This document shows positions 9,458 to 19,722 of a stretch of 64,000 bases of DNA, piece by piece. The stretch is from Oscillospiraceae bacterium (GTDB lineage Bacteria; Bacillota; Clostridia; Oscillospirales; Ruminococcaceae). The stretch lies in the NCBI GenBank assembly GCA_017505635.1, contig JAFVOU010000022.1:37915-101914 (forward strand), read 5' to 3'. Positions within the stretch are counted from its first letter, which is position 1, and the number at the start of each line of letters is the position of its first letter. The position numbers were made by a program, and so were the translations under genes. Under the pieces are notes generated by a model that searched no databases, was not told where the DNA came from, and saw only the letters and a program-made list of their open reading frames with translations.

Positions 9458-10303
9458 CTACTTTACCTCCTTTACACAGTAAAGCATTATATCCTCTACA
9501 GACGGTTTTTCAGCTGTATATTCTCCGCTTATTTTATCTTTAAGCACAAGGGCGCTCACATTATAATCGGTAAATTTTGCCCCCACAACCGCTGTTTTAT
9601 CCAGCTGTGCATACTGCTCTTTTGCAAGGTGAACAACTGCATATTTCTCCTGCAAAGTATCCTTGTTTTCCACAAAGACAATACTGCCGTTGTTGATAAA
9701 CGCAATATAGTCACAGATTTTTTCAAGGTCGCTGGTGATATGACTGGACATAAGAATGCTGTGGTTTTCGTCACATACAAAATCCTGCAAAATATCCAGT
9801 ATCTCATCACGCACCACAGGGTCAAGGCCGCTTGTGGCTTCGTCCAACACCAGCAGCTGAGGACTGTGGCTTATGGCTATGGATATGTTAAGCTTTGCAC
9901 GCATACCTGTGGAATAGTCTTTAATCTGTTTTTTCTCCGGCAGATTAAATCTGCTGCAAAGGGATAAAAATTTTTTGCTGTCCCAGCTGGTATATACGTT
10001 CTTAAGCACTGTGTTTATATCTTTAAGGGTAAACATCGGCGCAAAAGGCACACCTTCCATAACCACACCTATTTTTTCTTTGTCAGTAGCGGTAAGCTTT
10101 GCTGTTTCTTTGCCAAAAATTTTAACACTGCCGCTGTCGGCTTTAATCATGCCAAGCAGGCAGCCCATTGTTGTGCTTTTGCCTGCGCCGTTTGCCCCCA
10201 CAAAACCCATAATGTAGCCTTTTGGCAGGGACAGGTTTACGTCTTTAAGAGCAAAATCTTTATATGTCTTGTTTAAATTTACAATCTCAAAAGCTTTTTC
10301 CAT
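9458..10303 (-). CDS. ABC transporter ATP-binding protein
   Basis: It has Walker A GANGAGKST and Walker B LLVLDEATSGLD, plus a C-terminal accessory domain. Confidence 0.9.
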   Translation of the reverse strand: MEKAFEIVNLNKTYKDFALKDVNLSLPKGYIMGFVGANGAGKSTTMGCLLGMIKADSGSVKIFGKETAKLTATDKEKIGVVMEGVPFAPMFTLKDINTVLKNVYTSWDSKKFLSLCSRFNLPEKKQIKDYSTGMRAKLNISIAISHSPQLLVLDEATSGLDPVVRDEILDILQDFVCDENHSILMSSHITSDLEKICDYIAFINNGSIVFVENKDTLQEKYAVVHLAKEQYAQLDKTAVVGAKFTDYNVSALVLKDKISGEYTAEKPSVEDIMLYCVKEVK

Positions 10304-10306
10304 AGC

Positions 10307-10681
10307 TTATTTCTCCTCATATATCCAGGATAAAATATCTGTCAGTTCCTGCTGCGAAATGTTGCACATTCCGGCAATTTCCACCGCTTTTACAAGCAGT
10401 TTTTCAATCTCTTTAAGCTGCTCTTCCCGCACAAGCTGTGTGTTTTTTGCCGATACAAAACAGCCTTTGCCCGCAACAGTGACGATAAAACCGTCACGTT
10501 CCAGTTCTTCGTAGGCACGTTTTGTGGTGATAAGACTTATGCGCAGGTCCTTTGCCAGGCTGCGCATACTTGGTAAAGAATCTCCTTCTTTGAGTTTTGA
10601 CTGCATTATAAGTGCTTTAATCTGATTTTCTATCTGGGCGTAGATAGGTTCGTCCGAATGGTTTGATATTATAATATCCAT
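10307..10681 (-). CDS. GntR-family (YtrA subfamily) transcriptional regulator
   Basis: It has PIYAQIENQIK...LPSMRSLAKDLRISLITTKRAYEELERDG, which is a GntR winged HTH. The short C-terminus (124 aa in total) is typical of YtrA. Confidence 0.9.
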   Translation of the reverse strand: MDIIISNHSDEPIYAQIENQIKALIMQSKLKEGDSLPSMRSLAKDLRISLITTKRAYEELERDGFIVTVAGKGCFVSAKNTQLVREEQLKEIEKLLVKAVEIAGMCNISQQELTDILSWIYEEK

Positions 10682-10703
10682 AATAAATACTCCTTTTGTA
10701 TTT

Positions 10704-10728
10704 ACTGTGTATATTCAGTATATACAGT
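10704..10728. promoter_or_regulatory. imperfect palindrome, candidate YtrA-type operator
   Basis: ACTGTGTATATTCAGTATATACAGT is a 25-nt near-palindrome located 23 nt upstream of the GntR start. Confidence 0.35.
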
Positions 10729-10880
10729 TATGCACAGTTTGTCAATACAATTGCAGAATTTTCACATTTTCAAAAAAACAGCATCAATATTGCCCTAAAC
10801 GGTTTATTTCTCCGATAAAATATAGTATAATATAATGTCAGAAAAGAAATTTGCAAATAACACCCAAAGGGGATTTTGAT

Positions 10881-12239
10881 ATGAGTATTTTAGACGGCAA
10901 AAAAGTTATACATTTTATCGGCTGCGGCGGCAGCGGTATGTTTCCTATCATTCAGATACTTCACGGCAAAGGTTATACAATCACAGGCAGTGACGTAAAC
11001 GAAGGCGACATTATCAACTACGAACGCAATATGGGCATCAAAGTTACTCTGCCACACAGTGCAGAAGCTGTTGAAGGCGCCGACCTTGTGGTTTATTCCG
11101 CCGCAATTTTCAAGGACAACTGCGAACTTGCAAAAGCAAAGGAACTTGGCATTCCATGCGTGGAGCGCAGCATTATGCTGGGCGAAGTTTGCCGTCTTTT
11201 CCCTAAAAGCATCTGCGTAAGCGGCACCCACGGCAAGACCACCACAACAAGCCTTATCAGCCAGATACTTATTATGGCAGACAAGGACCCTGCCTGCGTT
11301 ATCGGCGGCAAGCTGCCCCTTATCAACGGCTACGGCAAGGACGGCAACGGCGAAAATGTGGTTATCGAAGCCTGCGAATACAGCTACACCTTCCTTGAAC
11401 TGCTGCCGTATATGGCGGTGGTGCTTAACATCGACCACGACCACCTTGAGTTTTTCAAAACCTTTGAAAACCTTAAAAACAGCTTTTACCGCTTTACACA
11501 GCTTGCCACAAACAGTGTAATCATCAACGGCGACAACCAGCACACAACAGACACTATAAAAGACCTTAATGTGCCAATCATCACATTCGGCATCGAAAAC
11601 GACTGTGACTATGTTGGTGTAAACATCCGCAAGGAACACAAAAGCTTTTACAGCTTTGATGTAAAGCACAATGGCGAAATTATTGCTACTGTGCACCTTT
11701 CCATTCCGGGCAGACACAATGTTTACAATGCACTTGCAGCATTTGCGGCAACACATCAGATTGGTGTTGAACCTGCAAAAATCGCCGAAGCTATCGGCAA
11801 ATTCGGCGGTGCAGGCAGACGTTTTGAAATTCACGGCACAGTCAACGGCATAACAATTGCCGACGACTATGCACATCACCCGGAAGAAATTACCGCAACA
11901 CTTAACGCGGCACAGGATATGGGCTTCAACAAAGTGTGGGCAGTGTTCCAGCCTTTCACATACAGCCGCACAAAGATGCTGCTGGACGACTTTGCAACCA
12001 GCCTGCAGATTGCAGACCGCGTGGTTATGACCGAAATTATGGGCAGCCGCGAGGTTAACACAATCGGCATCTACACAAAGGACCTTGCCGAAAAAATCCC
12101 AGGCAGTGTGTGGTTTGACACCTTTGATGAGGTGGAAAATTATGTTATGAGCCACGCCGAAAGCGGCGACCTTGTTATCACAATGGGCTGCGGCGATGTT
12201 TATAAAATTGCAAAAAGCATTGTTGCAAAAAACAGATAA
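10881..12239 (+). CDS. murC: UDP-N-acetylmuramate--L-alanine ligase
   Basis: It has HFIGCGGSGM and GTHGKTTTT, with Mur ligase central and C-terminal domains. The start was trimmed to the ATG at 10881, behind AAAGGGGA. Confidence 0.95.
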   Translation: MSILDGKKVIHFIGCGGSGMFPIIQILHGKGYTITGSDVNEGDIINYERNMGIKVTLPHSAEAVEGADLVVYSAAIFKDNCELAKAKELGIPCVERSIMLGEVCRLFPKSICVSGTHGKTTTTSLISQILIMADKDPACVIGGKLPLINGYGKDGNGENVVIEACEYSYTFLELLPYMAVVLNIDHDHLEFFKTFENLKNSFYRFTQLATNSVIINGDNQHTTDTIKDLNVPIITFGIENDCDYVGVNIRKEHKSFYSFDVKHNGEIIATVHLSIPGRHNVYNALAAFAATHQIGVEPAKIAEAIGKFGGAGRRFEIHGTVNGITIADDYAHHPEEITATLNAAQDMGFNKVWAVFQPFTYSRTKMLLDDFATSLQIADRVVMTEIMGSREVNTIGIYTKDLAEKIPGSVWFDTFDEVENYVMSHAESGDLVITMGCGDVYKIAKSIVAKNR

Positions 12240-12255
12240 AATATATTCTTGATAT

Positions 12256-12300
12256 AAAATGTCATTTCTGGCACGAAACTGCCGGGAATGGCATTTTCTT
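12256..12300 (+). terminator. rho-independent terminator (same stem family as 5244)
   Basis: The hairpin AAAATGTCATTTCTGGC...GCCGGGAATGGCATTTT is followed by a T-rich run after murC. Confidence 0.65.
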
Positions 12301-12476
12301 TTATCTTCTTTTATCTGCATCAATTTATGCTGTTTTTCCGAATGATGAAAAAACTGTGAAAAAGCTGTACATTTATTGACAGATTTATTAAGGTACCTTA
12401 TAATATATTCAGGTACCTGAACAAAAAGTTTGTCCGAAGATTCAGGACCAACAGTTTTAAAGATTAAGAAAGGAAG

Positions 12477-12920
12477 ATGCAGATGATTATTATGGAACAG
12501 AAACTTATGCGCAATCTTATGCGTGCCGCCGGCACAGCCCGCCGCCGCACAGAGGGTGACGGCGCCCACACCGGTCATCACAGCCGTGGCTTTGGCCACA
12601 TTCTTGACCTGCTTGACAAGGACGGCATAAGCCAGCAGCAGATTGCCGATACACTGGGCATCCGTCCGCAGTCGGTATCGGAAGCAGTGACCGTGCTGGA
12701 AAGCCGCGGTTATGTATGCCGCATTCCAAGCGCAACCGACAAGCGAAAACTGCTTATCTGTATAACAGACACCGGTGCTGAACACAGGCAGGAACTTGCA
12801 CAGCGCCGCAAGGTGCACGCACAGCAGTTTTTTGCAGCACTGAACCAGGAGGAAAAGGCACAGCTGCTGACTTTGCTGGAAAAGCTCAACAGTCATCATT
12901 CCGATAAGGAGAATGTATAA
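12477..12920 (+). CDS. MarR-family transcriptional regulator
   Basis: Its winged HTH reads ISQQQIADTLGIRPQSVSEAVTVLESRGYVCRIPSATDKRK. Its stop overlaps the start of the ABC exporter (TAATG). Confidence 0.85.
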   Translation: MQMIIMEQKLMRNLMRAAGTARRRTEGDGAHTGHHSRGFGHILDLLDKDGISQQQIADTLGIRPQSVSEAVTVLESRGYVCRIPSATDKRKLLICITDTGAEHRQELAQRRKVHAQQFFAALNQEEKAQLLTLLEKLNSHHSDKENV

Positions 12921-14842
12921 TGTGGGGGGCTATGGGGCAGAAAATGCCTTTTGAACACAAAAAAATTGCTCCTCCAAAAAATTTAAGACAGCTTTTCCCT
13001 TATCTCAAAGAGCTTATGGGCGGTTTTTTCTGCCGCTTTGGCTATATTGTAAAGCTTGTATGGGACACAGGTCGCTGGATTTTGTTTCTTCTCACCTTTA
13101 TGGCAGTTTTCAAAGGGGTTACCCCCCTTATCGGCGCACTGCTTTCCCAGAGTGTGCTTAACGAACTGCAGTCGGTTATCGCCGCAGGCTATCTGCCGCA
13201 AAACACATTTTTCTCTTCAAAGGTTTTTTATCTGCTTGTGGTTCTCTTTATCTACCGCACAGTTACACAGATAATATCAAATCTTAACCGCGCACTTAAC
13301 CGTATTGCAGGGGAAAAGGTGGTAAAACAGGTGCGCCTGCAGATGATGGAAAAATCAAAACAGCTGGACCTTGCCTCCTTTGACAATCCGCTTTTTTATG
13401 AAAAACTGGAAAACGCAGGCCGTGAGGCAGGCAGCCGTCCGCTTAATATACTCAGCGAAACCTTTAACATTGTCAGCACAATTATAGAGTTTGCAGGCTA
13501 TCTTGCCATACTTTTTACAGCACCGGGCCTTGCAGGCGCAACGGTGGTTATAATTGCCGTTTCGGTGCCAAGTGCGGTAATCAACTTTGTATACCGCAAA
13601 AAGAACTACAGCTATATGCGTTTCCGTTCCAGAGAACGCAGGGAAATGAACTATTATTCCGGGCTTCTCACCGACAAGGACCTTATAAAAGAGGTGCGCA
13701 TATTTGACCTTGCCGACACATTTATAAAACGTTACACCGACGTTTTTTCGGCATATTACAAAGGTCTGCGCCGCCTTATAATCGGCGAAACCGCATGGCA
13801 TGCCGCCATAGGCATTGTATCGGGCATTACCAACCTTGTATTCTATGTGGTTATTGCCCTGCAGGTTTTTACCGGCAGAATAATGATTGGTGACTACACC
13901 CTTTACACCGGGGCAATAGCATCGGTTGCCGCCTGCATAAGCACACTTATCTCGCAGTCGGGCAGTATCTACGAAGGCACCTTGTTTATCGACAACCTTA
14001 TTGCCTTTATGGAAGAAAAGCCAACCGTTGTAACCCATGCCGCAGTGCCTGCACAGGTTAAAAAAGGCACAGGACACACAATAGAATTCCGCAATGTCAG
14101 CTTTTGTTATCCCGGCACAGAAAGAAACATTCTGCACAGACTGAACCTCACCATAAACGCAGGAGAAACAATAGCTCTTGTCGGGCTCAACGGTGCAGGC
14201 AAGACAACCTTTATCAAGCTTCTGCTTCGCCTTTATGACCCTACCGAGGGCACAATTCTGCTGGACGGCAGAGATATACGGGAATATGACCTTAAAAGCC
14301 TTTACAGCACATTCGGCATAATTTTTCAGGATTTCGGCAGATATGCCGTCAGTGCCGAAGAAAACATACGTTTTGGCAATATAAACGCAGAAGCCGACAG
14401 CAAAAAAATCGCATATGCCGCACAGCAGAGCGGTGCAGATGAATATATAAAAAAACTGCCGAAAGGCTATGACACTCCGCTTATGCGCATATTTGAACAG
14501 GACGGCACCGAGCTTTCGGGCGGGCAGTGGCAGAAACTTGCAATTGCAAGGGCATTCTATGCCGACAGCGATATACTTATCCTTGACGAACCAACCGCCA
14601 GCCTTGATCCCGTTGCCGAACAGAGTGTATTCTCTCAGATGGACAGTCTGCGCAAGGGCAAGACAAGCATATTTGTTTCCCACCGTCTTTCCAGTGCAAC
14701 AACCGCCGACAGAATTATAGTGCTGGAAAACGGCCGCATATCCGAAAACGGCAGTCACAGTCAGCTTATGGCAAAAGGTGGCAGCTATGCACAGCTTTTC
14801 AGCACACAGGCAAAAAGATATATAGCCGAAAAAGCAGTATAG
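12920..14842 (+). CDS. ABC exporter, fused permease/ATPase (MsbA/multidrug-like)
   Basis: It has an N-terminal 6-TM domain, Walker A GLNGAGKTT, signature LSGGQWQK and Walker B ILILDEPT. Confidence 0.9.
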   Translation: MWGAMGQKMPFEHKKIAPPKNLRQLFPYLKELMGGFFCRFGYIVKLVWDTGRWILFLLTFMAVFKGVTPLIGALLSQSVLNELQSVIAAGYLPQNTFFSSKVFYLLVVLFIYRTVTQIISNLNRALNRIAGEKVVKQVRLQMMEKSKQLDLASFDNPLFYEKLENAGREAGSRPLNILSETFNIVSTIIEFAGYLAILFTAPGLAGATVVIIAVSVPSAVINFVYRKKNYSYMRFRSRERREMNYYSGLLTDKDLIKEVRIFDLADTFIKRYTDVFSAYYKGLRRLIIGETAWHAAIGIVSGITNLVFYVVIALQVFTGRIMIGDYTLYTGAIASVAACISTLISQSGSIYEGTLFIDNLIAFMEEKPTVVTHAAVPAQVKKGTGHTIEFRNVSFCYPGTERNILHRLNLTINAGETIALVGLNGAGKTTFIKLLLRLYDPTEGTILLDGRDIREYDLKSLYSTFGIIFQDFGRYAVSAEENIRFGNINAEADSKKIAYAAQQSGADEYIKKLPKGYDTPLMRIFEQDGTELSGGQWQKLAIARAFYADSDILILDEPTASLDPVAEQSVFSQMDSLRKGKTSIFVSHRLSSATTADRIIVLENGRISENGSHSQLMAKGGSYAQLFSTQAKRYIAEKAV

Positions 14843-15096
14843 CGTTTAAGACCGCTGTGCTGCAAATCAGCCCGTAATACAGAATTTCAATTTGTTCAAT
14901 AACAAAAAAGCCTCCCTCTGACGAGGAAGGCTTTTATTTGTTCTCCAAATCCCAATTTTTCTGACTCCCCCTGCGTTACACCACAATATACAAAATAAAA
15001 ATCGTCCCTGTGATATTTTCACCGGGACGATTGATGTTTCTGGTACATTATGCCAAATCTGCTGGATTTATTTTCAGCATATATTCAGTTGTCTGA

Positions 15097-15654
15097 TTAT
15101 GGTCTGTTATCTGTTTTGCAGCCGAACATCCAGTAGTTATTGTTGTTGTAGGTAAACTGTGTAACCTCGTCCATAAGTGCTTTGCGTGTGTGTGCTGCAT
15201 AGCTGCGAGGGTTAACCTTGTTTACAAATGTAATCATATAAGGAAAACGTTTTTCCATATTGCTGAGGGATGCAAAGAACACCTTTTCAAAGATGCCCTG
15301 ACCGCGGTAATCCTTGTCAACACAGACAGGGCCGTACTGATAGCTGTTTTTTGTTGTGAGTACTTCTCCGTTGTAGCTGTTCTGTGGAAGAATTTCAATC
15401 ATATACTGGAAGAATGGCCATTCTTTCCAGTAGTCCCAGCTTGCTGCAAGGGCAAAAGCCACAATTTTGTCGCCGTCCTTTGCAATTGTAACGCCGTCTT
15501 CTTCCTCAACAAGGCGCACAAACTGTTCTTCTGTCATATTTGTGGTAACAAAACCGTTTTTCTTTTCTTCTTCGGTCATATTGCTTACATGGTTTGCTTT
15601 AAGCAGTGCCAATACGCCTTCCATATCCTTTACTGTTGCCTGTGTGATAACCAT
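15097..15654 (-). CDS. GNAT-family N-acetyltransferase
   Basis: The 185-aa product has the acetyl-CoA-binding-like block VCVDKDYRGQGIFEKVF. Confidence 0.7.
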   Translation of the reverse strand: MVITQATVKDMEGVLALLKANHVSNMTEEEKKNGFVTTNMTEEQFVRLVEEEDGVTIAKDGDKIVAFALAASWDYWKEWPFFQYMIEILPQNSYNGEVLTTKNSYQYGPVCVDKDYRGQGIFEKVFFASLSNMEKRFPYMITFVNKVNPRSYAAHTRKALMDEVTQFTYNNNNYWMFGCKTDNRP

Positions 15655-15719
15655 AAGTTTTCTCCTTTATTTACTGATACGTTATTCCAAAAGCGAACCC
15701 CAGGTCCGCTGTATATACA

Positions 15720-16169
15720 TTATTTTTTGCGCAGTTTTTCAAAAAAGCCTTTAAGCAGACTGCGGGCTTCGTCCTCCATAACACCGATTATAATTTCGGG
15801 TTTGTGGTTAAAGGGAAGTTCAGTCAGATTGCACATTCCCCCCATTGCCCCTGCCTTGTAATCTTCGGCAGAAAACACCACCAGCTTTATGCGGCTGTTG
15901 ATGATTGCCCCCGTGCACATTGCGCAGGGTTCCAGCGTTACATACAAAGTGCAGTTTTCCAGCCTCCAGCTGCCAAGGGTTCTGCAGGCGGCTTCGATGG
16001 CAAGTATCTCTGCGTGGGCAATAGCACTGCCGTCGGTTTCGCGGCGGTTGCAGCCTTCGCCAATTATTTTATTGTCCTTTACCACAACGGCGCCCACCGG
16101 CACCTCGCCCATATCGGCGGCAAGCTGTGCCAGTTCCAGCGCACGGGCCATAAAATCTCTGTGTGCCAT
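15720..16169 (-). CDS. tadA: tRNA adenosine(34) deaminase
   Basis: It has the HAEILAIEAAC and PCAMCTGAI zinc-binding deaminase motifs and is about 149 aa. Confidence 0.9.
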   Translation of the reverse strand: MAHRDFMARALELAQLAADMGEVPVGAVVVKDNKIIGEGCNRRETDGSAIAHAEILAIEAACRTLGSWRLENCTLYVTLEPCAMCTGAIINSRIKLVVFSAEDYKAGAMGGMCNLTELPFNHKPEIIIGVMEDEARSLLKGFFEKLRKK

Positions 16170-16178
16170 AATAACCTC

Positions 16179-17084
16179 TTAAACAAGCAAGTGAAAACTG
16201 TTGTATGCCGCCATAAACAGCAGCAATGCCAGTGCACATAGTGCTGCATAGCTGTTTGCCAGACTGCTTATTTTATATTTTATATCCCTCATGCGTGTAA
16301 AGCTGAAAGCAAGATTTATCTTTCGTTTCTGTATATGCTTAAACCCTGCATATCCCAGCAGCATGGCCATAAGGTAGATGTAGATTGAAAAAAACACTGC
16401 AGACTGTGCATTTGCGCTCTGCCCGAAAGAAAGCTGAACAAAGCTTACAGTATTGTTGACAAAATGCAGCAGAACACAGGGCCATATGCTGTCAAAGGCA
16501 ATATAAATTTTTGCCAGCACCACACCGCAGACAAAGTACAGCACAAAGCTGTGCAGAGAAGAATGCATAAGTGCAAAAATCACCGATGAAACAAAAACCG
16601 CAAAAGGTACACCCCAGCCCCTGAAAACATTAAGCACCAGTCCACGGACAAAAATTTCTTCCAGCAAAGGCGGCAGTACACATATGTACAGAAAGTACAT
16701 CAGTGCCGCAGAAAATTCTTCCGGGATTGTGGGGTTATTCGGCGCAAACTGCAGCCCTGCTTTTTCCAGCAGCATAAGGATAATGCTGTTTGCTATTCCC
16801 GCTGCAAGAATTATAAGATAGCCAAATCCCGCTGTGGCGGCTGCGTCGGCAGCTTTTACCTTTTTAAACAGCAGCGGATGTATGCCAAGCATATTTTCCA
16901 GCATCACTACCGGCACAAAACAGGCAAGAATATATATCACAATGCTCAGAATCACAAACAGCGGTGTTTCTATGTCCAGAGGTGTGCGCAGCAGAACAAC
17001 CGACAGACTTTCTCTTAAAGCAAGAAAAACAATAAGCGCAAAACCCACCACATTGTAGGTGTATTTAAGATTTTTATACTTCAC
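16179..17084 (-). CDS. CPBP-family intramembrane glutamic endopeptidase (CAAX protease-like)
   Basis: It has the EEIFVRG and FALMH motifs plus HFVNN, and is multipass. The start was trimmed to the GTG at 17084, which follows a strong RBS (AAAGGAGGTG). Confidence 0.75.
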   Translation of the reverse strand: MKYKNLKYTYNVVGFALIVFLALRESLSVVLLRTPLDIETPLFVILSIVIYILACFVPVVMLENMLGIHPLLFKKVKAADAAATAGFGYLIILAAGIANSIILMLLEKAGLQFAPNNPTIPEEFSAALMYFLYICVLPPLLEEIFVRGLVLNVFRGWGVPFAVFVSSVIFALMHSSLHSFVLYFVCGVVLAKIYIAFDSIWPCVLLHFVNNTVSFVQLSFGQSANAQSAVFFSIYIYLMAMLLGYAGFKHIQKRKINLAFSFTRMRDIKYKISSLANSYAALCALALLLFMAAYNSFHLLV

Positions 17085-17237
17085 GCCGCACCTCCTTTTA
17101 CAGTATATTCCAATTATAGCCCATACCTGCGTCAAAATCAAACATATAGTGGTTTTTACACAATTTACACATCATAATATTGATTATTACAATGTTTTTC
17201 TATATAATATAAATCCGTTAAAAGAAAGGGTTACCAT

Positions 17238-17846
17238 ATGAACAGTTTTAATCTTTCAAACGGGGATATGCCTCGTTTTCACATTGGTATGCGCACGGTA
17301 AAAACCATTGTGGTTGTGTTTTTAAGCCTTTGCCTTGCCTATGTGCGTCAGGGTGCCGCAAACCCGCTGTATATTGCCATTTCCGCAATTCTGTGCATAC
17401 AGCCAACAATGTCCAGCAGCCGCAAGGCAGGCACCGACCGTCTTATCGCAACAGTTATCGGCGGTTTCTGGGGTATTATTGTTTTTGTATCAAACAACTA
17501 CTTTTTCCCACAGTTTCATCCGATTTTCAAATATGCCATTATCTCGGTATGTCTGATACCGCTTATATACACAAACATCCGTATAAAGCGTCCGTCAAAT
17601 GTTTCCACAAGTGCGGTTGTGTATCTTATCATCACAGTTTCTTCAACCGGTGCCATGGCAAATGTGCATTATCTGTACAACCGACTGCTTGACACCTTTA
17701 TGGGTTTTCTTATTGCCATTGCGGTAAATGCAGTTAAACTGCCAAGCGAAGAAGAACTTGCCGCAAAAATAAATGCAGCACAGAAAACCACAGATGCCAC
17801 AGACACCTGCACTGATACAGACAGCAGCAAGAACAATAACAAATAA
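17238..17846 (+). CDS. membrane protein, aromatic-acid-exporter/FUSC-like
   Basis: The N-terminal MRTVKTIVVVFLS...IAISAIL block and 4-5 TM helices resemble the ArAE/FUSC family. Confidence 0.55.
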   Translation: MNSFNLSNGDMPRFHIGMRTVKTIVVVFLSLCLAYVRQGAANPLYIAISAILCIQPTMSSSRKAGTDRLIATVIGGFWGIIVFVSNNYFFPQFHPIFKYAIISVCLIPLIYTNIRIKRPSNVSTSAVVYLIITVSSTGAMANVHYLYNRLLDTFMGFLIAIAVNAVKLPSEEELAAKINAAQKTTDATDTCTDTDSSKNNNK

Positions 17847-17917
17847 ATAAAAGCTTACGGTTGTTAGCCGTAAGCTTTTTTGTTTCTAAGTGTGCACTTA
17901 GTTTGACAATTCATCTT

Positions 17918-19033
17918 TTATTTCAGTTCTTCCCTGCACACATTGAGTGCCTTTTCGATAACTGCATCCATATCGTAGTATTTGTACTCGCCCAGACGTC
18001 CGCCAAAGATAACCTTTTCTTCCTTTTCCGCAAGGGCTTTGTACTGTGCGTAAAGGCCATTGTTTTTATCGTCATTTACAGGATAGTAAGGTTCGTCACC
18101 CGGGTTCCATTCGCTGGAGTGTTCACGGCTGATAACTGTTTTTGGCAGCATATTGCCTTCTTCGTCTTTGCCGAACTCAAACCATTTGTGCTCGATAATT
18201 CTTGTGTACGGTGTTTCGCCGTCGGTGTAGTTTACCACAGCATTGCCCTGGAAATTGTCGGTATCCAGCAGTTCGGTGTCAAAGCGTACACTGCGGTATT
18301 CAAGATAGCCAAGGCTGTAGCCAAAGTATGCATCTATCGGACCTGTGTAAACCACCTTTTGTGCCATTGCATCATACTCTGCCTTGCTTTCAAGATAGTC
18401 AACACCAAGGCGAACTTCGATGCCCTCCAGCATATTGGCAATCATCTTTGTGTAGCCGCCCATAGGGATGCCCTGATAAAGCGCATTGAAATAGTTGTTG
18501 TCAAAGGTAAAGCGCACAGGCAGACGTTTGATGATAAAGCTTGGCAGCTCGGTGCATTTGCGGCCCCACTGTTTTTCGGTATAGTGTTTAACCAGCTTTT
18601 CGTAGATATCCACACCTACAAGGCTGATTGCCTGTTCTTCAAGGTTTTTCGGTTCTGTAATGCCTGCTTCTTTTCTCTGCTGTTCAATTTTTTCTGCCGC
18701 CTGCTGCGGTGTAATCACACCCCACATTTTATTGAAGGTGTACATATTGAAAGGCAGCGAATAAAGCTCGCCGTAATAGTTTGCCACAGGGCTGTTTGTA
18801 TAGCGGTTAAATTCGGCAAACTGTGTTATATAGTTCCACACCTCTTTGCTGTTGGTGTGAAAGATATGTGCACCGTATTTGTGCACATTGATACCCTCGG
18901 TTTTTTCGGTATAGATATTGCCTGCGATGTGGCTGCGCTTATCTATAACAAGCACTTTTTTGCCCTGTGCCTTTGCCTGCTGTGCAAAAACCGCACCAAA
19001 AAGGCCTGCGCCTACAACTAAATAATCGTACAT
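17918..19033 (-). CDS. glf: UDP-galactopyranose mutase
   Basis: It has the MYDYLVVGAGLFGAVFA FAD fold and the characteristic Glf blocks (NVHKYGAHIFHT, YTEKQWG) across its 371 aa. Confidence 0.95.
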   Translation of the reverse strand: MYDYLVVGAGLFGAVFAQQAKAQGKKVLVIDKRSHIAGNIYTEKTEGINVHKYGAHIFHTNSKEVWNYITQFAEFNRYTNSPVANYYGELYSLPFNMYTFNKMWGVITPQQAAEKIEQQRKEAGITEPKNLEEQAISLVGVDIYEKLVKHYTEKQWGRKCTELPSFIIKRLPVRFTFDNNYFNALYQGIPMGGYTKMIANMLEGIEVRLGVDYLESKAEYDAMAQKVVYTGPIDAYFGYSLGYLEYRSVRFDTELLDTDNFQGNAVVNYTDGETPYTRIIEHKWFEFGKDEEGNMLPKTVISREHSSEWNPGDEPYYPVNDDKNNGLYAQYKALAEKEEKVIFGGRLGEYKYYDMDAVIEKALNVCREELK

Positions 19034-19105
19034 AACTTTCTCCTTATCTGTGCCGGAACATCTCTGTCCGGCGCTGTAATATGCTGTATATAAACAGATT
19101 GAAAT

Positions 19106-19534
19106 CTACTGTTCGTCCCTGTGGTTTTTGCGGTAAGCCATAAAGTTTTCCAGAATAACGGTTGCCGCAACTGCGTCCAGCACTTCCTTGCGTTTTTTGC
19201 CGTAGGTGCCGTTGTCACTGAGCATATTGAGTGCTGTTTTTGTGGTTGCGCGTTCGTCCCACATTTTAACGGGGATATCCACCAGCTTTGCAACTTCTTC
19301 TGCCACAAAGGTGCATTTTTCACTGCGCTCGCCACGGCTTCCGTCCATATTTACAGGGTTGCCGATAACAATCATCTGTGCGCCAAGTTTTTTTGATTCC
19401 TCTGCAATTTTTTCGATTGCTTTAAGTGTGTTTTTTTCTTTTATAATACCTACGGGACTTGCCAGAAACTCGGTGACATCGCTTACCGCAATGCCTGTTC
19501 TGCTTTCGCCGTAGTCTACTGCCATAATTTTCAT
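19106..19534 (-). CDS. ruvX: Holliday-junction resolvase-like nuclease RuvX/YqgF
   Basis: It has MAVDYGESRTGIAVSD, is 142 aa, and has a WDERATT-like block (MWDERATT). Confidence 0.9.
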   Translation of the reverse strand: MKIMAVDYGESRTGIAVSDVTEFLASPVGIIKEKNTLKAIEKIAEESKKLGAQMIVIGNPVNMDGSRGERSEKCTFVAEEVAKLVDIPVKMWDERATTKTALNMLSDNGTYGKKRKEVLDAVAATVILENFMAYRKNHRDEQ

Positions 19535-19722
19535 AAATATCAGTTCCTTTACAAGAATGTCATATTTATATAAATTTTACCACCTTGTTGCTTTTTTTAC
19601 AAGCACAGCCGCTGTGCATATGCAAACAATCAGATACAATTCACCCTTTAAAAGCACATTTACAACCGCAAATCTGTGTGGTAAAATTAACTTATTGAAA
19701 AATCCCTCAAAGGAGAATACAT

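Noticed and set aside
10890-12899. A 669-aa ORF on the minus strand spanning murC and the MarR gene
   Set aside because: It is antisense to two confidently recognised genes. The product is Cys/Val/Ala/Phe-rich and low in complexity, with no RBS and no recognisable motif. It is the typical shadow ORF of a codon-biased gene.
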